Positions 1 through 13,303 of a stretch of 64,000 nucleotides of DNA are shown piece after piece (within the stretch, counting starts at the first letter, position 1; each line of letters starts with the position of its first letter). This stretch comes from Octopus sinensis (lineage: Eukaryota), in the NCBI RefSeq assembly GCF_006345805.1, contig NC_043021.1, positions 14,570,001-14,634,000 on the forward strand, read 5' to 3'. The notes under the pieces are model-generated. The model searched no databases, was not told where the DNA came from, and was given only the letters and a program-made list of their open reading frames with translations. The translations under genes were made by a program, and so were the position numbers.

Positions 1-191
1 AGGTATTAGTTGTTAGGGTATTTAGCTCATAATTGTAGGGTCATGAGTTCAGTATCCAGTGGCATCTTGTCTCCCTGAGCAGTGCCCCTTATTTCACATT
101 GCTCTAGTCCACTCCGCTGGCAAAAACGAGTAGTGCCTGTAATTCAAAGGGCCAGCCTTTTCATATTCTGTGTCATGCTAAATCTCCTTGA

Positions 192-592
192 GAACTACAT
201 TAAGGGTATGCATGTCTGTGGAGCGCTCAGCCACTTGCACATAAATTTCATAAGCAGGCTGTTCCATTGACCGGATCAACTCGAACAATCATTGTCATAA
301 CCAACAGAGTGGCATATATATTATAGACACCAGAACATTAAGAGTATGTATGTCTGTGGAGCACTCAGCCACTTGCACATTAATTTCACAAACAGGCTGT
401 TCCATTAATCGGATCAACTGGAACCCCCATTGTCATAACCGACAGAGTGGCATATATATTATAGACACCAGAACATTAAGAGTATGTATGTCTGTGGAGC
501 ACTCAGCCACTTGCACATTAATTTCACAAGCAGGCTGTTCCATTGATCCGATCAACTGGAACAATGATTGTCATAACCGATGGCGTATCAGT
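192..592 (-). repeat. Three tandem ~139 bp copies of a SINE 3' tail fragment
   Basis: The motif TCTGTGGAGC(A/G)CTCAGCCACTTGCAC recurs with a 139 bp period. It is the reverse complement of the tail of the SINE at 9873-10254. Confidence 0.75.
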
Positions 593-1303
593 ATTGCTTC
601 CGTCACCGAACGAAATATGGCAACAATCTACTGGTGAACGACAGTTGTCACCCTGTGGCTTTTGACATATCTGGGGACAAATGACAAAGAAGGTTCTACT
701 TTATTTCTCCTTTTAGCTTCATTAGTCTCCCGCATTAGTCAGGTGATACTTCGGAGAGTACCTGGTCGTTTCCAGCACTTTGGTCTCTCAAAGGACCTTT
801 TTCAAAAAGTTTATGATGGGCAACATCAGTTTCCCTTGACACCATGTATGAATAACGGATAGTGTGCATGCCCCTTTTTTCTTGTCCCTTTATTTATTGG
901 TTTCTTGGATTTTAAAATTTTATTTTATTTTTTTAAATTTTTTTATTTCTTTTTTTATTCATATATTTTATTGGGATGGCCATTTACTTGCTGTTTCTGT
1001 TTTTGTAACACATGTACTTTCTCACGGAATTGTAACACTGCATTTACATCTGAACTATTACTTGCTTTTATTCTCAAACTAAAAGTTCATAAAATATGAA
1101 TCTATGCCTGTTAGCCCTTTAATATCATCTATAAATAGGTGAGCCAGTAGACAGCTGAGGTCGAACAGTGAGAGCGTTAGTCTCATTATTGATCCTGTGT
1201 TGGAGTATTGGATTGTTTTTGTATGAACCAATTATAATAAGATAACCAACTCTTGTTACATTGCTTACTTGTTTCTTTATTAGGCACAAAGGCCCGAACA
1301 TAG

Positions 1304-4300
1304 TAATAATGAAATTATTGTATACAGTGCTCAGGTGCACCACAACTTGTCAGAGTACATGCAGTAATGTACAAATATCTGGAAAGCGAACAATGCATGA
1401 GTCAGATACATGCTTGTGTGTGTATGGAGAAGAGAAAATCAGGTGTAGTGTTGGCGAATCTCAGAAAGCATGGAAGTTATGAAGGATGCAGTGCTCCAAC
1501 AACTAACAACTGATGCCGGCAGTTTGTTCCATGCTTCAGCAACTCTCAGCGTGAAAAAATGTTTCCTGAAGTCATGGGAGCTGTGCTGTTTTCTGACTTT
1601 GTAAATATGTCCACGGGTGTTAGATGGGTGGAGTTTGAAAAGGTGCTCAGAGTTATTGTTTGTAAGATGGTTGATAATTTTATGGGTGTCTGCCAAGTCA
1701 GCTGCCAGACGTCAGAGGTGTAGTGTTGGTGAATCTCAGAAAGCATGGAAGTTTTGAAGGATGCAGTGCTCCGACAACTAACAACTGATGCCGGCAGTTT
1801 GTTCCATGCTTCAGCAACTCTCAGCGTGAAAAAATGTTTCCTGAAGTCATGGGAGCTGTGCTGTTTTCTGACTTTGTAAATATGTCCACGGGTGTTAGAT
1901 GGGTGGAGTTTGAAAAGGTGCTCAGAGTTATTGTTTGTACGAGGGTTGATAATTTTATGGGTGTCTGCCAAGTCAGCTGCCAGACGTCAGAGGTGTAGTG
2001 TTGTGTTGGTGAATCTCAGAAAGCATGGAAGTTTTGAAGGATGCAGTGCTCCGACAACTAACAACTGATGCCGGCAGTTTGTTCCATGCTTCAGCAACTC
2101 TCAGCGTGAAAAAATGTTTCCTGAAGTCATGGGAGCTGTGTGTTTTCTGACTTTGTAAATATGTCCACGGGTGTTAGATGGGTGGAGTTTGAAAAGGTGC
2201 TTAGAGTTATTGTTTGTACGAGGGTTGATAATTTTATGGGTGTCTGCCAAGTCAGCTGCCAGACGTCAGAGGTGTAGTGTTGTTGTGAATCTCAGAAAGC
2301 ATGGAAGTTTTGAAGGATGCAGTGCTCCGACAACTAACAACTGATGCCGGCAGTTTGTTCATGCTTCAGCAACTCTCAGCGTGAAAAAATGTTTCCTGAA
2401 GTCATGGGAGCTGTGCTGTTTTTGACTTTGTAAATATGTCACGGGTGTTAGATGGGTGGAGTTTGAAAAGGTGCTCAGAGTTATTGTTTGTACGAGGGTT
2501 GATAATTTTATGGGTGTCTGCCAAGTCAGCTGCCAGACGTCAGAGGTGTGTAGTGTTGGTGAATCTCAGAAAGCATGGAAGTTTTGAAGGATGCAGTGCT
2601 CCGACAACTAACAACTGATGCCGGCAGTTTGTTCCATGCTTCAGCAACTCTCAGCGTGAAAAAATGTTTCCTGAAGTCATGGGAGCTGTGCTGTTTTCTG
2701 ACTTTGTAAATATGTCCACGGGTGTTAGATGGGTGGAGTTTGAAAAGGTGCTCAGAGTTATTGTTTGTACGAGGGTGATAATTTTATGGGTGTCTGCCAA
2801 GTCAGCTGCCAGACGTCAGAGGTGTAGTGTTGGTGAATCTCAAAAAGCATGGAAGTTTTGAAGGATGCAGTGCTCCGACAACTAACAACTGATGCCGGCA
2901 GTTTGTTCCATGCTTCAGCAACTCTCAGCGTGAAAAAATGTTTCCTGAAGTCATGGGAGCTGTGCTGTTTTCTGACTTTGTAAATATGTGTCACGGGTGT
3001 TAGATGGGTGGAGTTTGAAAAGGTGCTTAGAGTTATTGTTTGTACGAGGGTTGATAATTTTATGGGTGTCTGCCAAGTCAGCTGCCAGACGTCAGAGGTG
3101 TAGTGTTGGTGAATCTCAGAAAGCATGGAAGTTTTGAAGGATGCAGTGCTCCGACAACTAACAACTGATGCCGGCAGTTTGTTCCATGCTTCAGCAACTC
3201 TCAGCGTGAAAAAATGTTTCCTGAAGTCATGGGAGCTGTGCTGTTTTCTGACTTTGTAAATATGTCCACGGGTGTTAGATGGGTGGAGTTTGAAAAGGTG
3301 CTCAGAGTTATTGTTTGTACGAGGGTTGATAATTTTATGGGTGTCTGCCAAGTCAGCTGCCAGACGTCAGAGGTGTAGTGTTGGTGAATCTCAGAAAGCA
3401 TGGAAGTTTTGAAGGATGCAGTGCTCCGACAACTAACAACTGATGCCGGCAGTTTGTTCCATGCTTCAGCAACTCTCAGCGTGAAAAAATGTTTCCTGAA
3501 GTCATGGGAGCTGTGCTGTTTTCTGACTTTGTAAATATGTCCACGGGTGTTAGATGGGTGGAGTTTGAAAAGGTGCTCAGAGTTATTGTTTGTAAGATGG
3601 TTGATAATTTTATGGGTGTCTGCCAAGTCAGCTGCCAGACGTCAGAGGTGTAGTGTTGGTGAATCTCAGAAAGCATGGAAGTTTTGAAGGATGCAGTGCT
3701 CCGACAACTAACAACTGATGCCGGCAGTTTGTTCCATGCTTCAGCAACTCTCAGCGTGAAAAAATGTTCCTGAAGTCATGGGAGCTGTGCTGTTCTGACT
3801 TTGTAAATATGTCCACGGGTGTTAGATGGGTGGAGTTTGAAAAGGTGCTCAGAGTTATTGTTTGTACGAGGGTTGATAATTTTATGGGTGTCTGCCAAGT
3901 CAGCTGCCAGACGTCAGAGGTGTAGTGTTGGTGAATCTCAGAAAGCATGGAAGTTTTGAAGGATGCAGTGCTCCGACAACTAACAACTGATGCCGGCAGT
4001 TTGTTCCATGCTTCAGCAACTCTCAGCGTGAAAAAATGTTTCCTGAAGTCATGGGAGCTGTGCTGTTTTCTGACTTTGTAAATATGTCCAGGTGTTAGAT
4101 GGGTGGGTGGAGTTTGAAAAGGTGCTTAGAGTTATTGTTTGTACGAGGGTTGATAATTTTATGGGTGTCTGCCAAGTCAGCTGCCAGACGTCAGAGGTGT
4201 AGTGTTGGTGAATCTCAGAAAGCATGGAAGTTTTGAAGGATGCAGTGCTCCGAAACTAACAACTGATGCCGGCAGTTTGTTCCATGCTTCAGCAACTCTC

Positions 4301-5697
4301 AGCGTGAAAAAATGTTTCCTGAAGTCATGGGAGCTGTGCTGTTTTCTGACTTTGTAAATATGTCCACGGGTGTTAGATGGGTGGAGTGTGAGTTTGAAAA
4401 GGTGCTCAGAGTTATTGTTTGTACGAGGGTTGATATTTTATGGGTGTCTGCCAAGTCAGCTGCCAGACGTCAGAGAGGTGTAGTGTTGGTGAATCTCAGA
4501 AAGCATGGAAGTTTTGAAGGATGCAGTGCTCCGACAACTAACAACTGATGCGCGGCAGTTGTTCCATGCTTCAGCAACTCTCAGCGTGAAAAAATGTTTC
4601 CTGAAGTCATGGGAGCTGTGCTGTTTTCTGACTTTGTAAATATGTCCACGGGTGTTAGATGGGTGGAGTTTGAAAAGGTGCTTAGAGTTATTGTTTGTAC
4701 GAGGGTTGATAATTTTATGGGTGTCTGCCAAGTCAGCTGCCAGACGTCAGAGGTGTAGTGTTGGTGAATCTCAGAAAGCATGGAAGTTTTGAAGGATGCA
4801 GTGCTCCGACAACTAACAACTGATGCCGGCAGTTTGTTCCATGCTTCAGCAACTCTCAGCGTGAAAAAATGTTTCCTGAAGTCATGGGAGCTGTGCTGTT
4901 TTCTGACTTTGTAAATATGTCCACGGGTGTTAGATGGGTGGAGTTTGAAAAGGTGCTTAGAGTTATTGTTTGTACGAGGGTTGATAATTTTATGGGTGTC
5001 TGCCAAGTCAGCTGCCAGACGTCAGAGGTGTAGTGTTGGTGAATCTCAGAAAGCATGGAAGTTTTGAAGGATGCAGTGCTCCGACAACTAACAACTGATG
5101 CCAGCAGTTTGTTCCATGCTTCAGCAACTCTCAGCGTGAAAAAATGTTTCCTGAAGTCATGGGAGCTGTGCTGTTTTCTGACTTTGTAAATATGTCCACG
5201 GGTGTTAGATGGGTGGAGTTTGAAAAGGTGCTCAGAGTTATTGTTTGTAAGATGGTTGATAATTTTATGGGTGTCTGTCAAGTCAGCTGCCAGACGTCGG
5301 AGTTTCAATGTGTCCATACCCAGGGAAGTAAGGCGTTCAGGGTATGGCAAATGCCTGATGGAGGGTATTCTTTTGGTTGCATGTCGCTGAACGGCTTCCA
5401 GACAATTGATATCCTGGGCGAGATAGGGGTTCCAGACCGGTGATGCAAATTCCAGGTGAAGTCTTACCATAGCTATATAAAGCCGCAGATAGATAGCCAG
5501 AGAGTGGCTCACAAAGGATTTGGTGAGTGATGCCAAGACACCCTCAGCCTTCTTGACAATTTTAGCGATGTGTTTTGTCCAACGCAAATCACTGTCGACA
5601 ATAACACCGAGGTCAGCTGCCAGACATCGGAGTTTCAATGTGTCCATGCCCAGGGAAGTAAGGCATTCAGGATATGGCAAATGCCTGATGGAGGGTA
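1304..5697 (-). mobile_element. 5'-truncated CR1/L2-group LINE (RT C-terminus plus 3' UTR) with an internal tandem amplification
   Basis: The minus-strand translation contains DLGVIVDSDLRW, RLHLEFASPVWNP and FFTLRVAEAWNKL. The 3' UTR ends in TGCACCTGAGCACTGTATACAATAATTTCATTATTA, like the LINE at 56086-56155. Confidence 0.9.
1441..5295 (-). repeat. Tandem array of 14 x 275 bp units derived from the last ~90 codons of LINE ORF2
   Basis: The landmark GTCAGCTGCCAGAC recurs 14 times at ~275 bp spacing, and repeated ORFs are offset by 275 (1696/1971, 3351/3626, 4731/5006). Confidence 0.95.
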
Positions 5698-5956
5698 GGG
5701 GATGGCATGAAGACAGACAACACAAGTGGGAACATATAATGCAAAACGATGAATGAAATGTATATAATTATAAAATGAGGATGAACGTCCTACTTGAGCC
5801 CTCACTCTCAGGCGGTCACGTTTTTACTGTTCATTATCTGTTAGGTCACCAAATTTTAATAGTTTAAATCAAATTTACTGTTATATGGTTATATTTGGTA
5901 CTTTGATATATATTGTTACACACACACACGCACATTATATATTGTCACTGATGAGG

Positions 5957-6170
5957 CGCGGGCATGGCTGTGTGGTTAGGGAGCTTGCTTCCTAGCTACA
6001 TGGTTTCGAGTTCAGTCCCACTGCGTGACACTTTGGGTAGGTGTCTTCTACTATAGCCCCGAGTTGACCGAAGCTTTGTGATTGAATTCGGTAGGCAGAA
6101 GTTACTGTCATGTGTGTATATGTGCGTGTAAGTGCTTGTGCCTCTCCGAAAGTGAGAGAGGGAAATATAG
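5957..6170 (+). mobile_element. tRNA-derived SINE (family A subfamily)
   Basis: tRNA-like head GGCTGTGTGGTTAG...GGTTTCGAGTTCAGTCCC. A near-identical inverted copy lies at ~56160-56360. Confidence 0.8.
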
Positions 6171-6779
6171 CAGTTGGCGATGAGAAGTGTTCGAGACTCA
6201 CTCAAATTATTGTGAATTGTATATTTTTCGTTTATGAGAACAAAAATTTCATCTTGTTATTTATCATGGGAAAAATTGCTATCAGCCGTGGCAGAGTTGC
6301 AAAAACAATAACACAAGGTTTTACAGGTTCTCCTCAAGGAAACAGGGAAAAAAAGTTCTAACACCAACTTGGAAAAATTGCGTAAAGAATTAAAGAAAGT
6401 ATTTCCAGATGTGTTTTCAGATGAACCAGGTACATGTTTGGAAGCAAAAGTAAAATTTGAGACAAAAGAGAATGCAGTACCAATTTTTAAACCCAAAAGA
6501 AATGTGCCACGTGCAGCATTGGAACAGATAAATTTAGAGTTAGAGAGACTAGGAAAAACTGGAGTTATCCAAAAAGGGGAATATTCTAAATGGGTATCGC
6601 CAACTATGAATGTTAAGAAAAAGAATAATAAAATCAGGGTATATACTGATTTTTCTATTCGGTTAAATGAATGTCTCAAAATTTTCAGCTTTCTGCTATT
6701 TACTCCAGGGGACATATTTGCGAAATTAAAGGCAAGATATTTTCAAAATTAGATTTTTCTCTGCCATGTATCTAAAAAT

Positions 6780-7545
6780 TAGTGTGCATACAGGATAGAG
6801 TGTAAGTGCCCCGAGAGAAAAGTTGGACTTAAGAAGCATCAGATGTGGTGTGCAAGAGAGACGACTGCACTGGTATGGTCATGTGTTGCAAATGGATGAA
6901 GACAGCTGTGTGTGAAAGTGTCGAACCCTAGTAGTTGAGGGAACTTACAGAAGAGGTAAACCCAGGAAGACCTAACATGAGGTGGTGAAGCATGTCCTTC
7001 AAACATTTGGCCTCATTAAGGTAATGACAAGTGACCAAGACCTTTGGAGATATGCTGTGCTTGAGAAGACCAGGCAAGCCAAGTGAGACCATAACTGTGG
7101 CCTATGCCAGTGGTGTATTTAAGAGTACCCTTCAATCATTGGACAATAAACTTTCCTTGCAAAGACCTATTGAGGCAAGTGAAATTGCTGTCATGGCCAG
7201 TGACAGTACCGCCTGATTGGCACCCGTGCAAGTGTAACATTAAAAGCACCATTCGAGCGTCATCATTGCCAGGGTCGCTGACTGGCTCCCATGCTGGTGG
7301 CACATAAAAAGCACCATTTGAACATAGCTGATGCCAGTACTGCCTGACTGGCCCTCATGCCGGTGGCACGTAAAGGCATCCACTACACTCTCAGAGTGGT
7401 TGGCATTAGGAAGGGCGTCCAGCTGTAGAAACTTAGCCAGATTAGATTGGAGACTTGTGCAGACATCTAGTTCACCAGTCCTCAGTCAAACTGTCCAACC
7501 CATGCCAGCATGGAAGGTAGACGTTAAACGATGATGGTGATGAAT
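6780..7545 (+). mobile_element. RTE-clade LINE 3' end with 3' UTR and (GAT)n tail
   Basis: Translates as LREKLDLRSIRCGVQERRLHWYGHVLQMDEDS...RGKPRKT. It ends in CATGCCAGCATGGAAGGTAGACGTTAAACGATGATG, a tail shared with many short copies in the window. Confidence 0.8.
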
Positions 7546-7722
7546 GCTCTAAATACCTAACAGGTTACCATTTGGCTTAAAAATCACACCAGTATGTGTA
7601 TATATACACACACATACATACATATACATATATATATATATATACACACACATACATACATACATCATCATCATCATCATCATTTAGCGTCCGCTTTCCA
7701 TGCTAGCATGGGTTGGACGGTT

Positions 7723-7770
<48 letters not shown>

Positions 7771-7844
7771 TATACATATACATATATATATACACACACA
7801 CATATATATATATACACACATACATATATATATATATATGTTCA

Positions 7845-7999
7845 ATGGGCTTCTTTCAGTTTCCATCTACCATATCCACTCACAAGGCTTTGGTCGGCCC
7901 ATGGCTATAGTAGAAGACACTTGACCAAGGTGCCACGCAGTGGGACTGAACCCAGAACCATGTGGTTGGTAAGCAAGCTACTTACCACACAGCCACTCC
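7845..7999 (-). mobile_element. tRNA-derived SINE family A
   Basis: Matches the other copies (8810-8970, 12605-12740, 18150-18480, 36870-37260, 39260-39420, 45480-45810). Confidence 0.85.
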
Positions 8000-9303
8000 T
8001 TGGCAATTATTTATAATGTAAAATTCACCCACGGCAGAAGGTTTTTGTCTGTAAACCGATGATCAACTCCCTTTTTGATTATATTTGGCTGTAAGAAGGA
8101 CATCCCAGGACATATTCCTGATAGATTGTAGAGATGAGGAACCATTTTGTTGAACTTCAACTTCAAAATAGGATACCTCGCCCGCAAACAAGTTAAGTCA
8201 CGCAGACTGGTTATCTAGGTTAATACCTAAAAATGATGACCCGTTCAAAGAAAGAGTAATTGCATTGTTAAGAGCTGACACAGAAATACAAAGCATTTTT
8301 GTGTAACGTGATTACTGAATTGTGTGTAACCATAGAGGAAATTAAAGCCAAAATAGTGAAAGATGAGCTTCTGAATAAAATGAAAGCCATCTTGACAGAA
8401 AGTAAAGTAAATATACACAGGACTGAAAATTTAAATTTGACCTCGTGTTTTGTGTGCAGCAACATTCTAAAGAATGCAGAGAGGATTGTAGTGGTATTTA
8501 CATTGTGAAAAAAGAATTCTGAAAGAGTTTTACATTTGGGCATTCAGGTTACAACGTCAAATGTAATGCATATCTATTCACATTGTTTTGAATTAGTCAT
8601 GCATTACCTTGTAGCTTTGAGATTTTCAATGATGTGATTGTTTATTTTTAGAATGACATTGTAGGCTCGGTGTGAGAGGCTGGATGTGGCTGGGTTGCAC
8701 AGGAAACGGGTAGAATATTTGGGCCTCGTGTGGCCAGTTTGAATACTAAAGGGTTTGAAGGACCAAATCATGCACATGGACACACACACACAAACACATG
8801 TAGCTCTATAGGCACTGGCATAGCTATGTGGTAAGAAGCTTGCTTTCCAGTCACACGATTTCGGGTTCAGTCCCACTGCATGGCACCTTGAGCAAGTATA
8901 TTCTACGACAGCCTTGGGCCATCCAAAGCCTTGCAAGTGGATTTGGTAGGGAGAAACTGAAAGAAGCCCATCATTTATATACATACATACATATATATAC
9001 ATATATAGATAGATAGATACATACATACATACATACATATATATATAATATATATACATATAATAATAATATTAGGGAGTATAACTCCAAACTTACAAGG
9101 AAAAATTCAATTTAGTATTAAATCAAATTTCACAATATAGATATATAAAATATAAATTAGAGAAAAAAAACACTATTATGCAACTCAAACAATGAATTGT
9201 TTAAATTGCATAATAGTGTTTTTTTTCTCTAATTTATATTTTATATTTTGATTATTTGATTTTTCCAGTTTCAGCTCATGAGCTGTGGCCATGCTGGGGC
9301 ACC

Positions 9304-9344
<41 letters not shown>

Positions 9345-9872
9345 ATATAGATAGAAACATATATACATACATACTTACATATATATGTATTTTTTTAATG
9401 ATTTTCATTTTATTCTAGTGAATTGTGCTCATATTCTTGAGTTGTTTTTGTGTTTTTTTTTGGCACTGGATATGGTGGTCTGCATTCAATTGCTAAATAT
9501 TCCTGTTACAAGTATACCTAAGAATGACCCTGGTTATGATAAAACTAAGGAATATTCTGTTACAGTGTTTGTTTTTTCTGACTTCTGGGCTACTCCTGTG
9601 CCAGTGGCCCTGCAAGCTGATTTTGGTGTATCTACACTCTTTGGCACCAGTGAGAAATTTTCTCCAGATAAAACACAGTGAATGGCTTTCTTTATGAGTT
9701 CAAAGTGCCCCGAGTATATTTGAACTGGTAATCAACCTTGCACTTTACTGTCGGTTTTGTGTCCTATCCCTTTCTAATGCCACCTTTTGATGGGCTTCTT
9801 TCAGTTTCCATCAACCAACCAAACCCACTCACAAGGCTATGGTTAGCATGGGGCTGTAGTGGAAGATGTATG

Positions 9873-10254
9873 GAAAGCACTCCGTCGGTTACGACGACGA
9901 GGGTTCCGGTTGATCCGATCAACGGAACAGCCTGCTCATGAAATTAACGTGTAAGTGGCTGAGCACTCCACAGACACGTGCACCCTTAACGTAGTTCTCG
10001 GGGATATTCAGCGTGACACTGAGTGACAAGGCCGGCCCTTTTGAAATACAGGTACAACAGAAACAGGAAGTAAGAGTGAGAGAAAGTTGTGGTGAAAGAG
10101 TACAGAAGGGATCATCACCATCCCCTGCCGGAGCCTCGTGGAGCTTTTTAGGTGTTTTCGCTCAATAAACACTCACAACGCCCGGTCTGGGACTCGAAAC
10201 CGCGATCCTACGCCCACGAGTCCGCTGCCCTAACCACTGGGCCATTGTGCCTCC
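9873..10254 (-). mobile_element. Complete tRNA-derived SINE family B with 13 bp TSD, nested in a family A SINE
   Basis: TGGAAGATGTATG is duplicated at 9860-9872 and 10255-10267. The tRNA-like head is at the 10254 end. Confidence 0.9.
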
Positions 10255-11067
10255 TGGAAGATGTATGCCCAAGTGTCACACAACGGGATTGAACCTGAAA
10301 CCATGTAGTTGGGAAGCGATCTCCTTGACTACTGACCTCTCCCTGCAGATGACAATGATGCTGCTGTGTCAGACACTTGTCTGATATTTCTCTTTTCTTC
10401 CTAATTAACTTTACACCTGACTGGCAAACGACCTACTTGAGCAGGTATCCAAAGCATCTCATCAAAGGTGTGTGATGGTCTAATTGCTTTATAAAGCTCA
10501 ACCCCTTCATATTCTTAACGTTGCTTACAAATTATAAATGCTTACGACTTGAATATCTGGTTAGGGTAGGTAGGACCCCTCTCTCTTTCATATGTAGGTG
10601 TGTGTGTGTGTGTGCATATATCTGTATGTGTATGTTTGTAACTATGCATGTATATGTGTGTGTATATGTGTATGCATATGTATGTATGGTGTCTCTAATG
10701 TGTCTATTTAGCATAGGGTATTTTTCTCTCATGTGTGAATGTAGGTATGCATGTGTGTGTGTGTGTGTGCATGTATTTACGCATGTATATATATATGTAT
10801 GTATGCATGATGTATGTGTGTGTGTGCATGTATGTATGTATGTAGATAGTATGTATATGTATGTATTTATGTATATAACTACATATATGTGTGTATGTTT
10901 ATTTATATCTGGTGTCTCTGATGTGTCTACTTAGGGTAAGGCCTTTTTCTTTCTCATTTGTATGTGTATGTATGTATGTATACTTACATCCCTATATCCT
11001 TACCTACCTACATACATACATATGTATGTATGCATGTATTATGTACGTATGTGTGTGTGTATGTATG

Positions 11068-12135
11068 TATGAGGGGTGTTCATTAAAGATTTCCCCCGAC
11101 CCACTTCCCAAGGACTGGGATAAATGAAACTCGGCATAACTATTAGTCCTTCTCTACATAGCCACCACCAATGGTGACACACTTCTCCCATCGCTTTATG
11201 CAACTGTGAAGACCTCGTCTGTAGAAGTCAGTAGGTTGTGTCTGGAGCCAAGACTTTACCTCATAAACAAGTTCATCATCTTGGAGGAGACAGACTTTAT
11301 TTGTCAGCATGCCACGCCTCTCTGCTTTGATGGCATCCTGCAATTTCTGCTGCAGAGAAGCATAATATGTCCCATTTATTGTGGTGCCATTTGCCAGAAA
11401 AATCCAATATCACTACTCTGTGCTGGTCCCAAAAGGCTGTGAGCATCAACTTTCCTGCTGAGAGTTGGACATGAACCTTCTCTGGAAGTGATGAGTTATC
11501 ATGCTTCCATTACTTCAGCTGCACTTTAGTCTCAGGGTCATAGTGATGGACCCATGTTTCATCCTGTGTGATAAGTCTGCCTAAAAAGTCCTCATTTTCT
11601 TGGCATATTGCCTAAAGAGCCTGGGAGCAACTGACTCGTTCCTGCTTCTAAAAAGGTGTGAGCATCTGGGGAATCCACCGTGCAGACAACTTCTGCACGT
11701 GCAAATGGTCATGAATGATTTTTTTCCACGGACCCAACACTTATCTTCACTTCATGGGTTAGTTACTGAATTGTTATGTGGCAACCCTCCAAAATGATGG
11801 CTTCCACTTTATGGATGGTGTCGTCATCAATGACAGAATGTGGTCATCCAGGAATAGGAACAGTTTCCACTGATGTCCGACCATATTTGAACTGGCGATG
11901 CCAGTGCTTGACTATGTCGTATGATGGTGCATCTTCACCACAAAATGCTTTCATCTCAACGAAAGTCTCTTTTGGTGTGTGACCTTTCAAGTATAAAAAC
12001 CTGATCACTGACCTGCATTCAACTGCCTCCATCATAACACCTTAGTCCACTTCAGCAGCCAAAAAAGACAAACGAATACTAGTGGAAAGCTGCAATTTGC
12101 AATGTAACTCAGAATCTTTAGTGAGACACAACATA
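11068..12135 (-). mobile_element. Degenerate mariner transposon
   Basis: ORF fragments ECRSVIRFLYLKG...SYDIVKHWHRQFK and FYRRGLHSCIKRWEKCVTIGGGYVEK. TA followed by a TGAGGGGTGTTCATTAAAG TIR at 11068; the other TIR is decayed near 12115-12135. Confidence 0.9.
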
Positions 12136-12261
12136 AAGTTTTGTCTCACTAAAGCTCCTGAGTTTAGGCTGTCATGTTGTTATATGCTCCATCTGCTTAG
12201 GGAATGAAACTGCTACAATTTTTAATTACTATTATCTTTCTTCAATAAGAGGTGCAAACAC

Positions 12262-12468
12262 TGGCCATATCTGGCTAAAATATTTAACCTGTTTTATATT
12301 GAAACTGACCAGATCTCGCCTCTCACCTCAGCCCTACCATGTCATTCTAAAACTAAAAAATCACATCACTGAAATCTCTAAACTACAAGATAATGCATGA
12401 TTAATTCAAAACAATATAAATAAACAAACATCACATTTGACAGAATAATCTGAACACTAAAGGGTTAA
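12262..12468 (+). mobile_element. piggyBac-type MITE fragment (inverted related copy at ~8545-8757)
   Basis: Ends in AAAGGGTTAA. The internal sequence matches the reverse complement of 8560-8757. Confidence 0.55.
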
Positions 12469-13083
12469 AAGTAAAAATTTTGTAAAGGGAGTTAATGGAT
12501 GGACAGGGATGGATTGAGTTATATTGGGTTTAAGATAGAGGAATGGTATTGAAAGTTTGTTTAGCTAACTAGCTTAGATCAGGATGCATATGCACCCATA
12601 ACGACGGGCTTCTTTCAGTTTCCGTCTACCAAATCCACTCACAAGGCTTTGGTCAGCCCGAGGCTATAGTAGAGGACACTTGCCCAAGGTACCATGCAAT
12701 GGAACTGAACCTGGTACCATGTGGTTGGGAAGCAAGCTTCTTGTGCCTATTTATTTGTTTATTTACTTTTTTATATACAAACCTCTGTATACTTGAAAAT
12801 TATTCATAAGCTTACATGATTCTCTCCCCTCCCATATATCTTTTTCTCAAATACAACTAAACAAAATTGAACATGCATAATTGTGTATGTGAATGTACGT
12901 GTATATGCATATGTACATGTGTGTATGTATGTATGTATGTGTATACATGTGTGTATATATATGTATGTATGTGTGTGTATGTGTGTATGTATATATATAT
13001 ATATATATTATATATATATATACACACACATATATATATATATATACACACACATATATATATATATATATACACACACATAT

Positions 13084-13179
<96 letters not shown>

Positions 13180-13303
13180 GAGTAAACAAGAGAGACAGAG
13201 AAAGGCAGAAACAAGGAAAATGCCACTTATATTTGAACACTATACAAATATTCTTTTAAAAAAAACTTTTCTTTTAATTTTTCTAAATTTAATTATTTAA
13301 TAG

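Larger units (their letters stand above)
6170..8545 (+). mobile_element. Degenerate Ty3/Gypsy pol remnant (RT N-terminus; RNase H/linker), interrupted by RTE and SINE insertions
   Basis: ORF 6369-6752 reads FPDVFSDEPG...PIFKPKRNVP...WVSP...KIRV. Region 8015-8545 encodes HGRRF...SRLIPKNDDPF...IEEIK...RIVV, broken by stops and frameshifts. Confidence 0.8.

Noticed and set aside
1439-5300. Repeated 85-197 aa ORFs and a possible CRISPR-like array
   Set aside because: The units are contiguous LINE ORF2 fragments with no unique spacers and no cas genes, and the context is eukaryotic.
1295-5745. GAACATA near both ends of the LINE as a possible TSD
   Set aside because: The right copy is ~35 bp from the junction and the match is short for AT-rich DNA.
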